Below, in pieces: positions 23,198 through 35,300 of a stretch of 64,000 bases of DNA (within the stretch, counting starts at the first letter, position 1; each line of letters starts with the position of its first letter). The notes under the pieces are model-generated. The model saw only the letters and a program-made list of their open reading frames with translations. It had not been told where the DNA came from and did not search any database. The DNA comes from Anthoceros angustus (lineage: Eukaryota > Plantae > Anthocerotophyta): assembly GCA_010909165.1 (NCBI GenBank), contig MU008170.1, positions 1 through 64,000 on the forward strand, in the 5' to 3' direction. Both the position numbers and the translations under genes were made by a program.

Positions 23198-24426
23198 TGT
23201 ATGGGATGCGGATGCAGGCACAGGTCGATTGCTTCTCTATTGTTTACAGAGCCTGTGCCATCACTAGGAAGAATCTCCTTGGTGGCCAGGCCGCAGCAGG
23301 TGTGAAGTGGGGCAAGCAGTGTGGCTTGCTGATAGACACTGTTGTCTGCTTGATGGAATCACCCCTTAGGCATTTTAGGTACAATTATGTTGAAGTCTAT
23401 GCCTTTCCACTTGCAGCTGGGCGCCTGCTGCTCATCGGCGCAACCCCCTGTGGACCTGGTGACGCAGTTGTTGTGGTGGGCAGGTATGGTTCTCTTGTCG
23501 ACAAGCTTGAAATGGCTGGCGGCTGGATTTCGGACAGCAGGTTGATGAGTTTCAATTCACCGGTCTCAGGAGACTATTTATACATAAGTAGGACGAATTT
23601 AGGCTCGAATATGTGATTGCCATTATGCAAAATTTTGGGCTCCTTTAGATATATCGCTAATCGTTTGTTTGTAATAATCTTTTAAATATTTAGTTAATCA
23701 CTGCAATAAATTACTGGATCTAAGTGCTTTGCTTAGATCAGTCATGCTACATAGTAATAAGGCCAGGTATACGTAAGAGCAAACCGTGACCCATAATCAC
23801 AGACACCTACATAGAAAACCGCGAACAATTAGAGCAACCACGGACATACAACAGACAGAACAACCACTAAAGACGGAATCCGTTTGTTTAGACTCTCTTA
23901 GGGGCCTTGGTTAACTGTGTGAAAAACGAACAGGAAGTTATTTCACATTACCTATCTAACTGTAAAATCTACACAACAAGCTCCTGGGAGCTTTTTACGA
24001 CGGCAAAGCTCACAGGAATTCCGGACCACTTCCTTGAGGAACGGTTGCCTACGGGAAGATAGAACCTACTTGTGCCCCTCCTTTGCCTCCTGCTCCCTGA
24101 TGTGCTTCGGCTGTCCGAACATATCCCAGAAATGGTATCCGTCCGCAGAGAGTTTGCCCCCTCTGCGCTTAGATCGCTGCCAGGTGGGCCGACATGCTTG
24201 TCAGAGAAGCAAGTTTGTATGAGGAACGAGAGTGTTCAATCTTATTAGAAGACTACCTGGACCACACCGACATAAGCAACAAACACGGCGGCGTTGAACG
24301 ACGCCAGAAGGGCCAGGCGCTGGGCCATGGGAAGCCTCCTAGCCTTCGCCATCTTCTGTACTCCCTTCTTGGAGAAAAACCAGTCTGAGCCCTAGCGCTG
24401 TTTCGGACACACAAACAACACTAACG

Positions 24427-24861
24427 TCAAGCAGCTTGCTTGTGGTTCTGCTGGGCCAAGGCCTCCTGCTCGTGGTCTACGGCCTTCTGGATGAGACCTT
24501 CGTCCTCCACCACCATCTGCAGGGGCACCGACCCCAGGGCGTGAGCCAGACTGAGCAGAATGCTTTTCAATTGAGCTCGGAACTCCAACAGATCCACGGT
24601 GCCGCTGCGGTCCACGTCGAAGCTCTGGAACACGGTGTCGTAGATGGCGGCCAGCTCCTCCTGCGTCTTGCGCACCGGCACTCCCATCTGGTTCTCAATC
24701 AGATTGAGCCTTTCGAAGGCGGGACGCAGCTCTGCGATGGACAGCACCCCGTCCTTGTTCTCGTCCAGAAACTCGAATATAGGGTCCACGGCCTTGTTGA
24801 ACGCCTCCTCGTCCTCTGCAAAGTCTCGCACTGTCGATCCGTCCAGGAAGACGATCCCCAT
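24427..24861 (-). CDS. Small two-EF-hand calcium-binding protein (144 aa, intronless)
   Basis: MGIVFLDGSTVRDF...; EF loops DENKDGVLSIAE and DVDRSGTVDLLE. Confidence 0.9.
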   Translation of the reverse strand: MGIVFLDGSTVRDFAEDEEAFNKAVDPIFEFLDENKDGVLSIAELRPAFERLNLIENQMGVPVRKTQEELAAIYDTVFQSFDVDRSGTVDLLEFRAQLKSILLSLAHALGSVPLQMVVEDEGLIQKAVDHEQEALAQQNHKQAA

Positions 24862-25245
24862 CGCGTCTCCTCGCCAAGCTGGCTCACCTCGCAAATTCCC
24901 GCCTCGAGTCGGATGCGACTCACATTCTCCTCTCCTTGTTCCCTTTGATCGTTGACCAAGTACATTGACCGCTCCATTTTATTATCCCGTTTAATAACTT
25001 TAAAAGCACTGAACTAGATACCGAAAATCGAATCGAAATCGAAAATCGAATTCGTCGCTAGGTACGGAGATATGTAGATTTTTCCAGTGGAACTCGATTT
25101 CCATACGTAGCGTCGTTATATAAACTAGGCCGATTTTCATCTAGTTTAGTTGGGCAAGAGAGTTTAGTAGGTTGGATTGGGCTCTTCCTTGCGAGCAACA
25201 CACTTGTGAAATAAGCATCTCGAGGCGACTATCTAGTTGTATCAT

Positions 25246-27672
25246 ATGGATCACTTACGTGATGTTTCTTGGGAGCATCTCTTGAGAAGCAATATAGATG
25301 GTGCTAAGCGGTTGAAGCATATTCTTGACGACTATTTTCCATTGAATTTACTCAAGCAACTAGATGACCTATCTGAATCTCACTTAAAGAGCTTGGGAAG
25401 CCAAGACACCGACGAGTTGACATATTTTGAATGTGATGCCTTGTATGCAAAACGAAAGAGGACAGCCATACTGAAACTTGAAAGACATCCCGATGTCCGT
25501 GCTGAAATGCAAGGGATCATCCATCGTGAAATAGAAGATGGTGTTAAGGAGCTATTCAGCACAGACATGCTGCAAATGAGAAGTATGGAAGCTGGCAAGT
25601 CTATTCTTGCCTATACAATTTTGTGCCTAAGCCATTTCGTGTATCCACCAGATGTTCTCAATGAATTTAAAATTAAATCGGACCCCCTAGGAAGAAGTAA
25701 AGAACGGGAAGGGGTACTTGGTTCCGCCATTGATATGGGTGTGTGCCCAGGATATTATACATGTGCGAATTGGGATTGTAACAGTGGAAGACCCCCTTGC
25801 CAAAATATTACGAGCATGATATGTAAGAAATGCCAGCTGGTCTCTTATTGTAGCTCGCGTTGTTTAAATGAGCACCGGAAAGATGGACACCAACCACTTT
25901 GTAACCGGATCTCAAAACCATCGCTAAGGAAGAATGAGCAATTGGGAAGGAATAAGTGTGTAGATCCAGAAAAGGATGTTGCAATAGTATGGGATACTAC
26001 TCCTGTTGTTAACCTACTAGAAGATGGTGGGCATGAGTTTCTCCCAACTCCCTTGCGTTTGTCTTTTGATGGCTGTTACGACTTGAGCAATATCATCCAA
26101 ACCCTTCATCAAATAAATGGTGATCGTCTTTTTAAGGGCATGAACCATTTGAATTCCAAAGGAGAGATCACTTTGTATATCAATTGTTCAAATCATCATG
26201 CTGTTGCTAGGAATCTTGTCATCTGTTGTTTGCTGACTTATTGGGCCGATGATGGTTATCCTAATTCTATTGTGGATGCCATCATAGCTATTTGGTACTC
26301 GGCTTTCTTGACAATACCACAGTACCTTTTACTTATAAAGACCATCACACGCATCCTCAAAAACTCCAACGTTATCGATACGAATGCTCCTGCAAGCATG
26401 CTAGGGTTAATAAAAAAGTTAAGGCACATGTCTGATAGAACAAATGTGGATCATATTATAGCTAATGCAAAAAGTGTTCAATGTCGTGTCCATCTTCATA
26501 GCCAAGGACCCGGGATTTGGAAGCATTTGGTGGAGATGACATTGCTGAACTGGTGCCCGGGGGGAAGTGAAGCAACTAGACAACGGAATGTATCTACATT
26601 TGATAACAGCCAAATAGTAGATGAGTATCTCATTCAAGAGCATCTTGAAGTCGTGAAACATTTTCGGCAGACGGGGATGCTCCTACCATTTGGCCAATTT
26701 TCTGCTCACCACGTCATTCCAAATCCCACTTTGTTCTCAGCTTCTACTGGGTGGATAGGTCAATCCAATGCTGTTGCTTGCTTTGGCGGTTGGCCCATCA
26801 ATGAGGTCTTCTTTGACGTCCTTTCAACCTCATCCTTTACAATGCTCATTATTGCACCTTGAAAGCTTGCAATAACTTTTTTGATCCAATTTTTTTTTTG
26901 TCTTATACATATGCCGCAGGTTTTGGAACAAAGCAGAGATCTATGTCGTGTGCCTCGTCATGATATTTATGGATGTTTTTTCTTCTATCTCAAAAGTGTT
27001 TTGAATAGCACTGTTTCAACACTCCAAAGATGCCAAGTGGATTTTCAATTCTTTGATAGATCTTCAGACCAATTCATACATCATCTCACATATAAAGATC
27101 CAGGTATTATGGCTTTGTATCGTGGACTCACCACATTGGGAGAGTATTCGAGTCTACCACAATTGCTTCAGCATTGGGCTCCTCTATTCGGGTGGCCCCG
27201 CGACAAGGCCCATTGTTTAGTGCTTTGCTCTCACATAACCACAAATGTATCATGTCAACGCAATATCAATGCCGGATCAGATGTTCTTGACTGGTTTATT
27301 TGCAAGCTCAACACATCCGATGATGCTGGAAAGAGATTCAAAGACAACCTCTTGCAATATGTGAAAGCAATCCGTGCAGGCGAAGTTCGCTCCCAAGTTG
27401 AACGATTATGTCCTTTACTTACAACAGACATCAGTTATATATACAAGGAACTCAAACTCGAGGAGTCGACTACTGTACCTAACAGCATGCAAAGAAGAAA
27501 AAGAAACATGGTGGTACCATGCACCACAAAGCCCTCATTTCTTAAGATATCTGACTCTAACATTAAATTAAAAGCTGAAGAATGCTACAATGAGCTTTTC
27601 CTTACTAGAGTCAATCATTTAACTATTTTTACAGAGTGGACAGTTAATAGATTACCAAAGTTTTCTATATAG
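25246..27672 (+). CDS. zf-MYND + DUF4470-like protein (probable single intron 26806-26919)
   Basis: MYND: CANWDC...CKKCQLVSYCSSRCLNEHRKDGHQPLC. DUF4470-like: DLSNIIQT...INCSNHHAVARNL...AIWYSAFL. Splicing joins GWPINE|VLEQ...HDIYGCFFFYLKSVL. An upstream exon is possible. Confidence 0.75.
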
Positions 27673-27817
27673 ATAGTATAGCCACAAAGCCCTCATTTCT
27701 TAAGCTATTCCACTCTAACTGAAAAATAGTACAATGAGGTTTTCTTTACTTGTGTCAGATATTTAGCTATTTTAACAGAGAGGACAATTAATAGATTACA
27801 AAGTTTCCTATATAGAT
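27524..27817 (+). repeat. Diverged ~158-bp tandem duplication of the gene's 3' end
   Basis: CCACAAAGCCCTCATTTCTTAAG starts at 27524 and 27682. Both copies end near CTATATAGAT. Confidence 0.85.
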
Positions 27818-28605
27818 AATATGTGACTAGAAACTTCATTAATGTCAAACATCTCACAGTTTTCACAGAGTGGGTATCTCATGTATTAGTAGAGTTCAAT
27901 ATGTAGACCTATACATCACGTAAAAGATAATGGCATATAAACCTATATAGACTTAAGAGATAATATCTTCACATAAGTACATATCATTCTAGCAAGTCAA
28001 AACTTTCCCAAAAAATACAGAATAAATTAGAGTGATATAAAAAATGATACAGAATAAATCAGAGCAATATAGAGCAACGAGGCGATGTTGTTTGATTCTC
28101 AAGAATAGTGAGAAAAATTATAAGAAAAAGAAAAAGAAAAATCGTAAGAGAATGAGGAAGGTGGCAAGAAAATTGTGAGAGTGACAAAGAATGCAAAATA
28201 AGGGGAGAGAAGGAGGGGGCAAGTGAACGAGGAAAGGGAGGTAAAATGAGATGGCGTATTGCATGCATCAGCAGGCGAACAGTGCTCTTAGGCTGAAATT
28301 CTGAATGTGGCTCTCACATCAGACAAGCACATCCCACACACAACAAAAAGCCTGCGCTCACTCCCCTTGCAAGCGAATAAAAGGAATTTTGTACAGCTGT
28401 GCTGGCAGCGGCATCCCCAGTCTAAGACGAGGCGTGCATTGACAAATGGCAACCACAAGTGGCCTTCCACTATTCCTCTAGGTGAAAAGGACTAGGCTCT
28501 AGCTGCGATACCCAGCACCTTTATAGGTGTGTCTTCACTCCTTTCAGTGAAACCACAACAAATGTTTTTGATGCATTTCTGGGGAGCTGCCCAACATCTT
28601 GCACG

Positions 28606-30573
28606 TTAGCCACCGCTGTGAGATGAAAACGCGGGCACTCGTCCAACCGGCAGCAGTTTGACCCTGAACACTTCATACTCCCCTTCAGAGATACCTGTAG
28701 ATGCCACAGCTTCCCTCAACAGTGCTCGGTTGCTGGCAATCTGAGAAGTGATCATCGGTAGCTGATGCACAGAAAGTGCATCTAGGAACAACGCAACAAG
28801 CATGCGCCAGTCTTTAGCTCCAAACGCCGGCAAAGATTCTTCAAATGTCATGGTCTTCACCAATCTGCCAAGAGCTTGCTCCAATGTCGAGATGGAAACA
28901 GAGAGGCGGAGGGCGAATGCAACTTCTGGTAGACGTCGAGCAAGACAGTTAGCCATGGTACGGGCAATTTCAATTGACACCTTATCTACTACTCTACGTG
29001 GTCGGTACTCTATCCCATCCATAACCCGGAAGTCGTCTTCATCTGAAACTTGTTTCCCATATATATGGGCTAGCGCAGCTGCACAAATCCACTCATCTAG
29101 CGCCTGCCAAATGACTCCAAAACGTGACACCTCTGTTTTGAAACCTCTTGGAGGATTAGAAATCCAACTGTCCCCAGCCTCATCAGTGTCCAACTCCCAA
29201 GGGTCGTTTGAGGCATCAGATGAACTGTCATACCCAGCGGGGGAATCGGTCTCCTCGTCCGACAAGTTGGTGTCAAGACCTGACATCAAACCTCCAGCAT
29301 CCGAGTCAGGAGCTTCTCTGACTACAGTGGCTGCACTGCTGTTGCTACTGTCCTTCGCACTCAGAAGCCCTCTGATTTCCACCTGGCCACGCTCCTCAGG
29401 CTCATTCGAGGGTACATATACTGAATCAGAAACCATTCGGCCGGACGTCGTAGGACTGCTGTTGCTTTCATCCATGGCAGATTCAGCCACTCTGGTCTTC
29501 AGCTGGTCATCTACTTCCTCTGAGAAGACATTTATACCTGCCGAAGTAGAATCCATAGCAGAGTCCGTAGCACTGCTGTTGCTACTGTCCATGGCCATTT
29601 TAGCCACTCCAGTTATCATCATGTCAACTGCTTCATCAGAGGTCCCATTTGCACCTGCCGAGGCAGAATCCGTAGAAGTGCTGATTCTTGTGTCCATGGC
29701 AATCTCAACAACGTCATCTGCTTGATCTGTTGAGCTAGTAGCTGGCGTAGCAAAATCCAAACAGGAGCTCTTGCTGCCCTCAATTGCAGTTTGTCCCTGC
29801 TCAATTCGGCTACACCCCGAACCTCGTGATTCACTTGCCTCACTCTCAGCCACGGTCTCTGCATTCCCAGCAGCAGTGCGCACCTCAGGAGTCCAAGCTC
29901 TCTGAGGAACATACCCCTCGACAGCATTCGAGGGCCCTGAAACCGTGAACTCAGCAATTGCTTGTTCAGACGGCCGCTCCTGTATGACCAAGTTGAGCGA
30001 TTGCTCCCTTGACGTAGAATCCTTCTGAGTTTCTGCACCAGTGAATACAGCCGCAGCCACACCTCCTGTAACACGCTCCACTAACCTCGCCAGCTCTCTC
30101 TCATCCGCTATAACCTCCCGTTCAGAGTTTAGGGTACCTGCAAACCTGGAGCTGGCGATTTGGCATTCTGGTGAACAGAAGAACCTGACCTCCCTCAGGT
30201 CATACACCTTCCGCTGCTTCAGAGAGATCCGATACTTTCCTTTCGGCATTGCAGACTCTCGAAGAAGCTGAGGGCAGGTCGGCAAACCGCAGTGGGAAAT
30301 AAGGCTCCTCTCCTCGACAACATCTAAGTATTCCGACTTGGACAAGATCGCACCAGCCGCCAGCATCCGCTCCTCGCTGGCCACATCTTCCAGTAGCTTC
30401 ATTTGCACGAAAAATACTGCGCTCTTTGTGGCTTTCACAGCTTCAGAGTAAGACTTCTTGACCACAGTTCTCGCTATCCGACCTTGAGCACCCTTGTGAA
30501 CCACGCTATCTGATACAAAAGAACAACGGTCGCCGCAATCTCGTGACCACGACCTCCCCTCCACCCTCACCAT
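28606..30573 (-). CDS. RPAP2: RPAP2/Rtr1-family RNA polymerase II CTD phosphatase-like protein (655 aa, intronless)
   Basis: YLDVVEERSLISHCGLPTC...KYRISLKQRKVYD...FCSPECQIASSRF is the Rtr1/RPAP2 Zn motif. The C-terminal region resembles plant RPAP2 homologues. Confidence 0.92.
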   Translation of the reverse strand: MVRVEGRSWSRDCGDRCSFVSDSVVHKGAQGRIARTVVKKSYSEAVKATKSAVFFVQMKLLEDVASEERMLAAGAILSKSEYLDVVEERSLISHCGLPTCPQLLRESAMPKGKYRISLKQRKVYDLREVRFFCSPECQIASSRFAGTLNSEREVIADERELARLVERVTGGVAAAVFTGAETQKDSTSREQSLNLVIQERPSEQAIAEFTVSGPSNAVEGYVPQRAWTPEVRTAAGNAETVAESEASESRGSGCSRIEQGQTAIEGSKSSCLDFATPATSSTDQADDVVEIAMDTRISTSTDSASAGANGTSDEAVDMMITGVAKMAMDSSNSSATDSAMDSTSAGINVFSEEVDDQLKTRVAESAMDESNSSPTTSGRMVSDSVYVPSNEPEERGQVEIRGLLSAKDSSNSSAATVVREAPDSDAGGLMSGLDTNLSDEETDSPAGYDSSSDASNDPWELDTDEAGDSWISNPPRGFKTEVSRFGVIWQALDEWICAAALAHIYGKQVSDEDDFRVMDGIEYRPRRVVDKVSIEIARTMANCLARRLPEVAFALRLSVSISTLEQALGRLVKTMTFEESLPAFGAKDWRMLVALFLDALSVHQLPMITSQIASNRALLREAVASTGISEGEYEVFRVKLLPVGRVPAFSSHSGG

Positions 30574-32357
30574 TCAAGTTACGGGCTGAGACGTACCTGT
30601 AGTCGTTTGCCGAACGATCTTCCTGCCCGGCCCGCGGCCCTTGCTGCCCTGGCCATCTCTCTTCTGAGGCTTTGGAACGCAATCACCCGGCGGATTCAAT
30701 TTCCCATCTCCGGGTTCCGCGCCAGTGGCAGACCCGTAGTGGAGAATCGGAAGATGCGCGGACGCCATCAGGACGACCAGGAGGAAATGCAGACACGGTA
30801 GGCGGTCTGCGTTTCTCCACACAGCCAAATGTTCAGGGACAACTTCGCGAAGTATATGATTTTCGCGAAGACGCTTGTATGTCTAGGCCTTCACGCATTA
30901 TGTATATGTCTTACCTATACAGGCAGTGCAACGCTTTCTAAGGGCAAAGAGTGCTATGAGTATAGGTAGGTAGGTAGGTACCTATTCATAATACCTAATA
31001 GATCTAGAATAAAGCATAAATATATATCTAGCTACTTACTTAGCTAGATATATATTTTACAAGTATAATACCTAATATTTAATAGGTTTAGGGCTGTATT
31101 TAATACAGAGTAATGCACATGTGGAGATAATATGGATAATAAACTAAAATATGACCTTTGGCCTTCAAATTTTATCATTTGCTAACATCACATATGGCTA
31201 TACTTTCATTTATCACTTAACTATCATCGTATATAGGCTCTCGTCAAATGAGTAACCATACCAAGGATCGACCACAACAACAGGGGCGGGGTTAGCCTCT
31301 CTTTCCAGTGTCGTGGCATATTTGAGGCAACGGTCTCCATTGCTCGGCAAAGGGCATTGGCTGGCACCATATTTAGGACGATCATGACTGCTGGAGACGT
31401 GGCATCGACGCCGCCTGTGGTAAGTAGGCCCTTCTCTAACTCAGACGGCAACATCTTGGGGGGCTGGGTAAATGGTATTTTCCAACTCGCTCTTTTTATT
31501 CAGTCTCCACATTCTCTTGTAACCATACTTGGCAAACCGGTGACTAAAACATGTCTGCTTAGACATTTGATAACTGCAGGCTGGTAATGGGTCTGTGGGC
31601 CTTGAACAGCTGCAGGATATGGACTAAAAACGTAATTATGCACCTGCTGGCCCTGGCTGGCTGATTGAAATGGCCCTGCTGGACTGGTGAGGATGACCAA
31701 AGTGCTTGCTGCTGTTTTTGTTGGTCTTGCGTAGTTGCCAGTTCCGTTCTGTGAGGCAGGCCCTGCAGCTCCCGGGCGGGGGAGGGAATTGAGGAATTAA
31801 GGAGGTTGTTTGCTGTGGCTCCTGGTAGTCACGGTCAGCTGTCATGTCTGTTCTGCCCAGCTGGTCCGGACTACCTGCAGGATACATGTGCTTCGGGGCA
31901 TGACTACCAGGAAGGTAGTCTTCCTGCGGTTCTGCTGGCCATAGTTTGCAAGTGAATGGGTCTCAAACGGAGCCTGAGATGCAGGGTGAAAAATTTCCGA
32001 TTCTCCAGGTTGCACAGACTGCTGATTGCGCCCAAGACGCTGGAGAAGTGGGCATGTGGGATGGCTAGGTGGTGCATCCCACATGCTTTGGAAAGCGTGC
32101 TATGTTAGTTTGTGTGGAGATTTACTTCAGAGCCAGACCTTCTTGCGGTTACACAGCACGGCACTGGGAACAGCAAAACCTTGCTCAACTGGATTTATAG
32201 GTACCACGAGGAAAGGATATATTGAGACCACACACGCAAGATAAGCTGAACCGCCTCTGGCAGAAAAGCTGCTTCCTTCTGGGCAACACGTGCACACATA
32301 CTTTCTTTTCTGTGGAGCTTTGCATCCCAGTGCTCCCCGCCAGTTTTCCGGGCTGCT

Positions 32358-35300
32358 CTAAGAGACGTTAGAGTCACTAACTCCAGGACCTACTAGAATT
32401 CTAAAGTTGCTTCGACGAGGGGGTATCTGGCCCTCCGGCTGCCTCGACAAGCCCCCTGGGTCAGGCATGTTAGGTACGCCGGGAAGCATCTCCTGATTTT
32501 TCTTCGTCCACCGTGGAAAATTTTGCTTGTTCCTCCGGAACGATTTTCCACCTGGTGAGGTGCTACCTTGGGGCTGTGCCGCACCGGCTCCCAGCGGGCT
32601 CCTGAATTGTCCTTGGGGTGTAGAGGGCTCACCAGCTCTGACACTGGTTCCAGGAGGACTAGTGGCATGCCGACTTTGTTGGGGATTTCTGCTACCGTTT
32701 CTCTCTCCATCGTATTCTGGGCGGGTTGGATCATCTGTGGGTCCATTGGATTCCTGCTGCTTGCCTCTCCTTCGACCCCTGTTTCTGTGTCTCTCACGAC
32801 CCTTGAAAGCATGAGGGAAACCGGGAACGGAGATGGCTGGTGATCCAGAGGATTCACTAATTCCACATGCTTGAATACCCTGCTGAATATGATCAACTTG
32901 GCTACCCTGCTGAGCCTGCGACTCACTCACTGCCGCCGAAAACGGCCTCCCACTGGTCGCTCGGGCTTTTGGCTTTGTGGACTTCAGCTTTGCAGAAGGG
33001 GACGATTGCTCCCCACTATCGTTGTCAGATGCTAGACCACTTGGTTCTTCTTCCGGTCCAGAGGTTGCTTTCTGCGGTTCCATTTGCTTGCTAGAGGCCG
33101 AAATCTGTAGCACACCTGCTCCGAACTTTCCAGTACCTGACTTCTTCCCAACTCCTGCTTTCCCTTGTGTTTGGCTAAGATTATCATGCCTTCCTTTTCC
33201 CTGTGTACCAAAGAAGTCATGCTTGTTCGCCTCCTGGAATGGTTGGTGCTGATTCCAACCTCCATTTTGGGTCCTAACACACGGAAGCTGCTGTCCATAC
33301 CCCGAATGCCGATATTGACCGTACACCTGACCGAATTGCTGACCATATTGCTGCTGCATCTTTGAACGGACCCCTGGTATCAAGTTTCCTTGAGGCCAGC
33401 AAAATAGACAAACTCGCAACCAGGACGGATCACTATCAGGCAGTATACCAGATAGGGCTTCAACTGTACAGGAAAACGCATCACATATCAGTGGCAGAGT
33501 GTTCTCATGCACACTTCTAGCACAGTTCTCCGTGTAGTCAAACGGGTCCTCCACCTGCATGCAAATATCACCTTCAACGTTTACTTCAGAGCCAGACCCC
33601 AAAAAGATCTACGGACTCCCAGAGTTTACATTGAAGGATTCTGATTTCTCATGGCTCAAGGATTTCAAGCAGCCACACATCATGGGCATTACTCACACTC
33701 ATGATGTAGTGTTTATCTTTCCATGCTTGATTGCTAGTGCTATTGTCGCCCCATTGTCCAGCAAATGTTCGGACAACCAAACCTTGTGTCCACAAATGTT
33801 GAACAGAAGAAAACTGCGGGCCCACAAACAAGAGAATTGGCCTCAAATATGTTCTAACTTTTGGAAAAATATAGCTTGAAATTCCTCGTTGGAGGCTTCC
33901 AACGGTTGTTGGACAATAGCCTCCGACAATCCAAACAAAGTACATGGCTATAATAGCCTCCAACAATTGAAGCAAAATAGAGAATTACCTGGACAAAGAA
34001 GGATAGCAGGAGATCCGCAACTGTGCTCTTATTCTGTTGACCAAAACCTTCACCTATGAAAGCTTGTATTCTTTTGGAACACTCTTCCAGATATTGGTCC
34101 CTTGAGCTTCCAGCCCACTTTCCTGTTGAATTTTAAACATGTGAGCATCTTTACCTACACATTCTGCAGGGACCAACAGTCATAACTCATTTCAAACGTA
34201 AACTACAAAACATGCAATCGGACAGGAAAAACAACACATAACCATTCGATAAGAAGCAGATGTGCTTATGAACCAAACCTGGAGGCTCATTGCCTTTCTC
34301 CTCACCAAGAATGGTACTCAGTGCAGGAAGGATAGGAGGAGTCCTTGTCTGTAGGGCACAAGAATAAATTAGATGACCATAGACCCATCCGACGACATGA
34401 TGGACCTGAATGTCCTGAAAAACCTGCATCACGTCTGGCAACAGAAGAGACTTACTTGCAAATGGAAAACCACAAGCAGAGAAATAGCGTAGGAATTCAA
34501 GGTGCCCAGCTTTGGTTCGTTGATTCCTTGCGCCTTAGCCCAGCACTTCACCTGACCACAGAGCAAGGACCGCTGTAAACCTTGAAACTGTAACCCCTTC
34601 CAGAAACTATGAGGAAGTCAAATAATTTTCAAATGGAACCCAGCACATTTCCTCCAATTCAGGGAGGATTTGCGAGTCATATTGCTCTTGCCAGGAGAAT
34701 GACTTGACTTACCAGGTAAATGAGTTGACGACAGCGCAAATCAATGTCACAGATCCAGCGAAGCACACGCGACTTGAACAAACCAATGCCGTTATCCACA
34801 GAGATATCACATGATATCCCAGTCTGCGTATCCACGAACATGACCAGTGGCACACGGGCATGCGAAATAAATCTCAGCTTTCTCACCGTACCTATAGTGG
34901 AAGACCCCAAAAAGAATTAAGACGACGGTGAGTAACCCGACCGCTGATCGAGCTAAGCATTGTCAACTGATGGGTCACAAGTATCCTAGGCCTCACGTTA
35001 AGTTGCAACAAGCTGATTAGAAAATACCTGATCTGCCCAATTCTCGTTCTATGCACTTAAGAAGCTTGACCCTCCTGCTCTTTGATACAGGACCAAGCCT
35101 CGGAAACTCCAAGGAAAGGTCCAAATCACCCCAAGGTGTAAAAAAATTGGACTCAAAAGAGCCAAAAGGCACAATCACTGCACCTGCATACATCATAATT
35201 GAAATGCCTCGGGTGAGTGCTAACATTCATAAAAGGGACCTATCTATCCCTTAGTTTGCAGCTCTACAAATTTCCGGGCTACTAATGGAGCACTTTTCGA

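Noticed and set aside
28802-29725. 307-aa Ser-rich ORF on +
   Set aside because: Antisense shadow of RPAP2.
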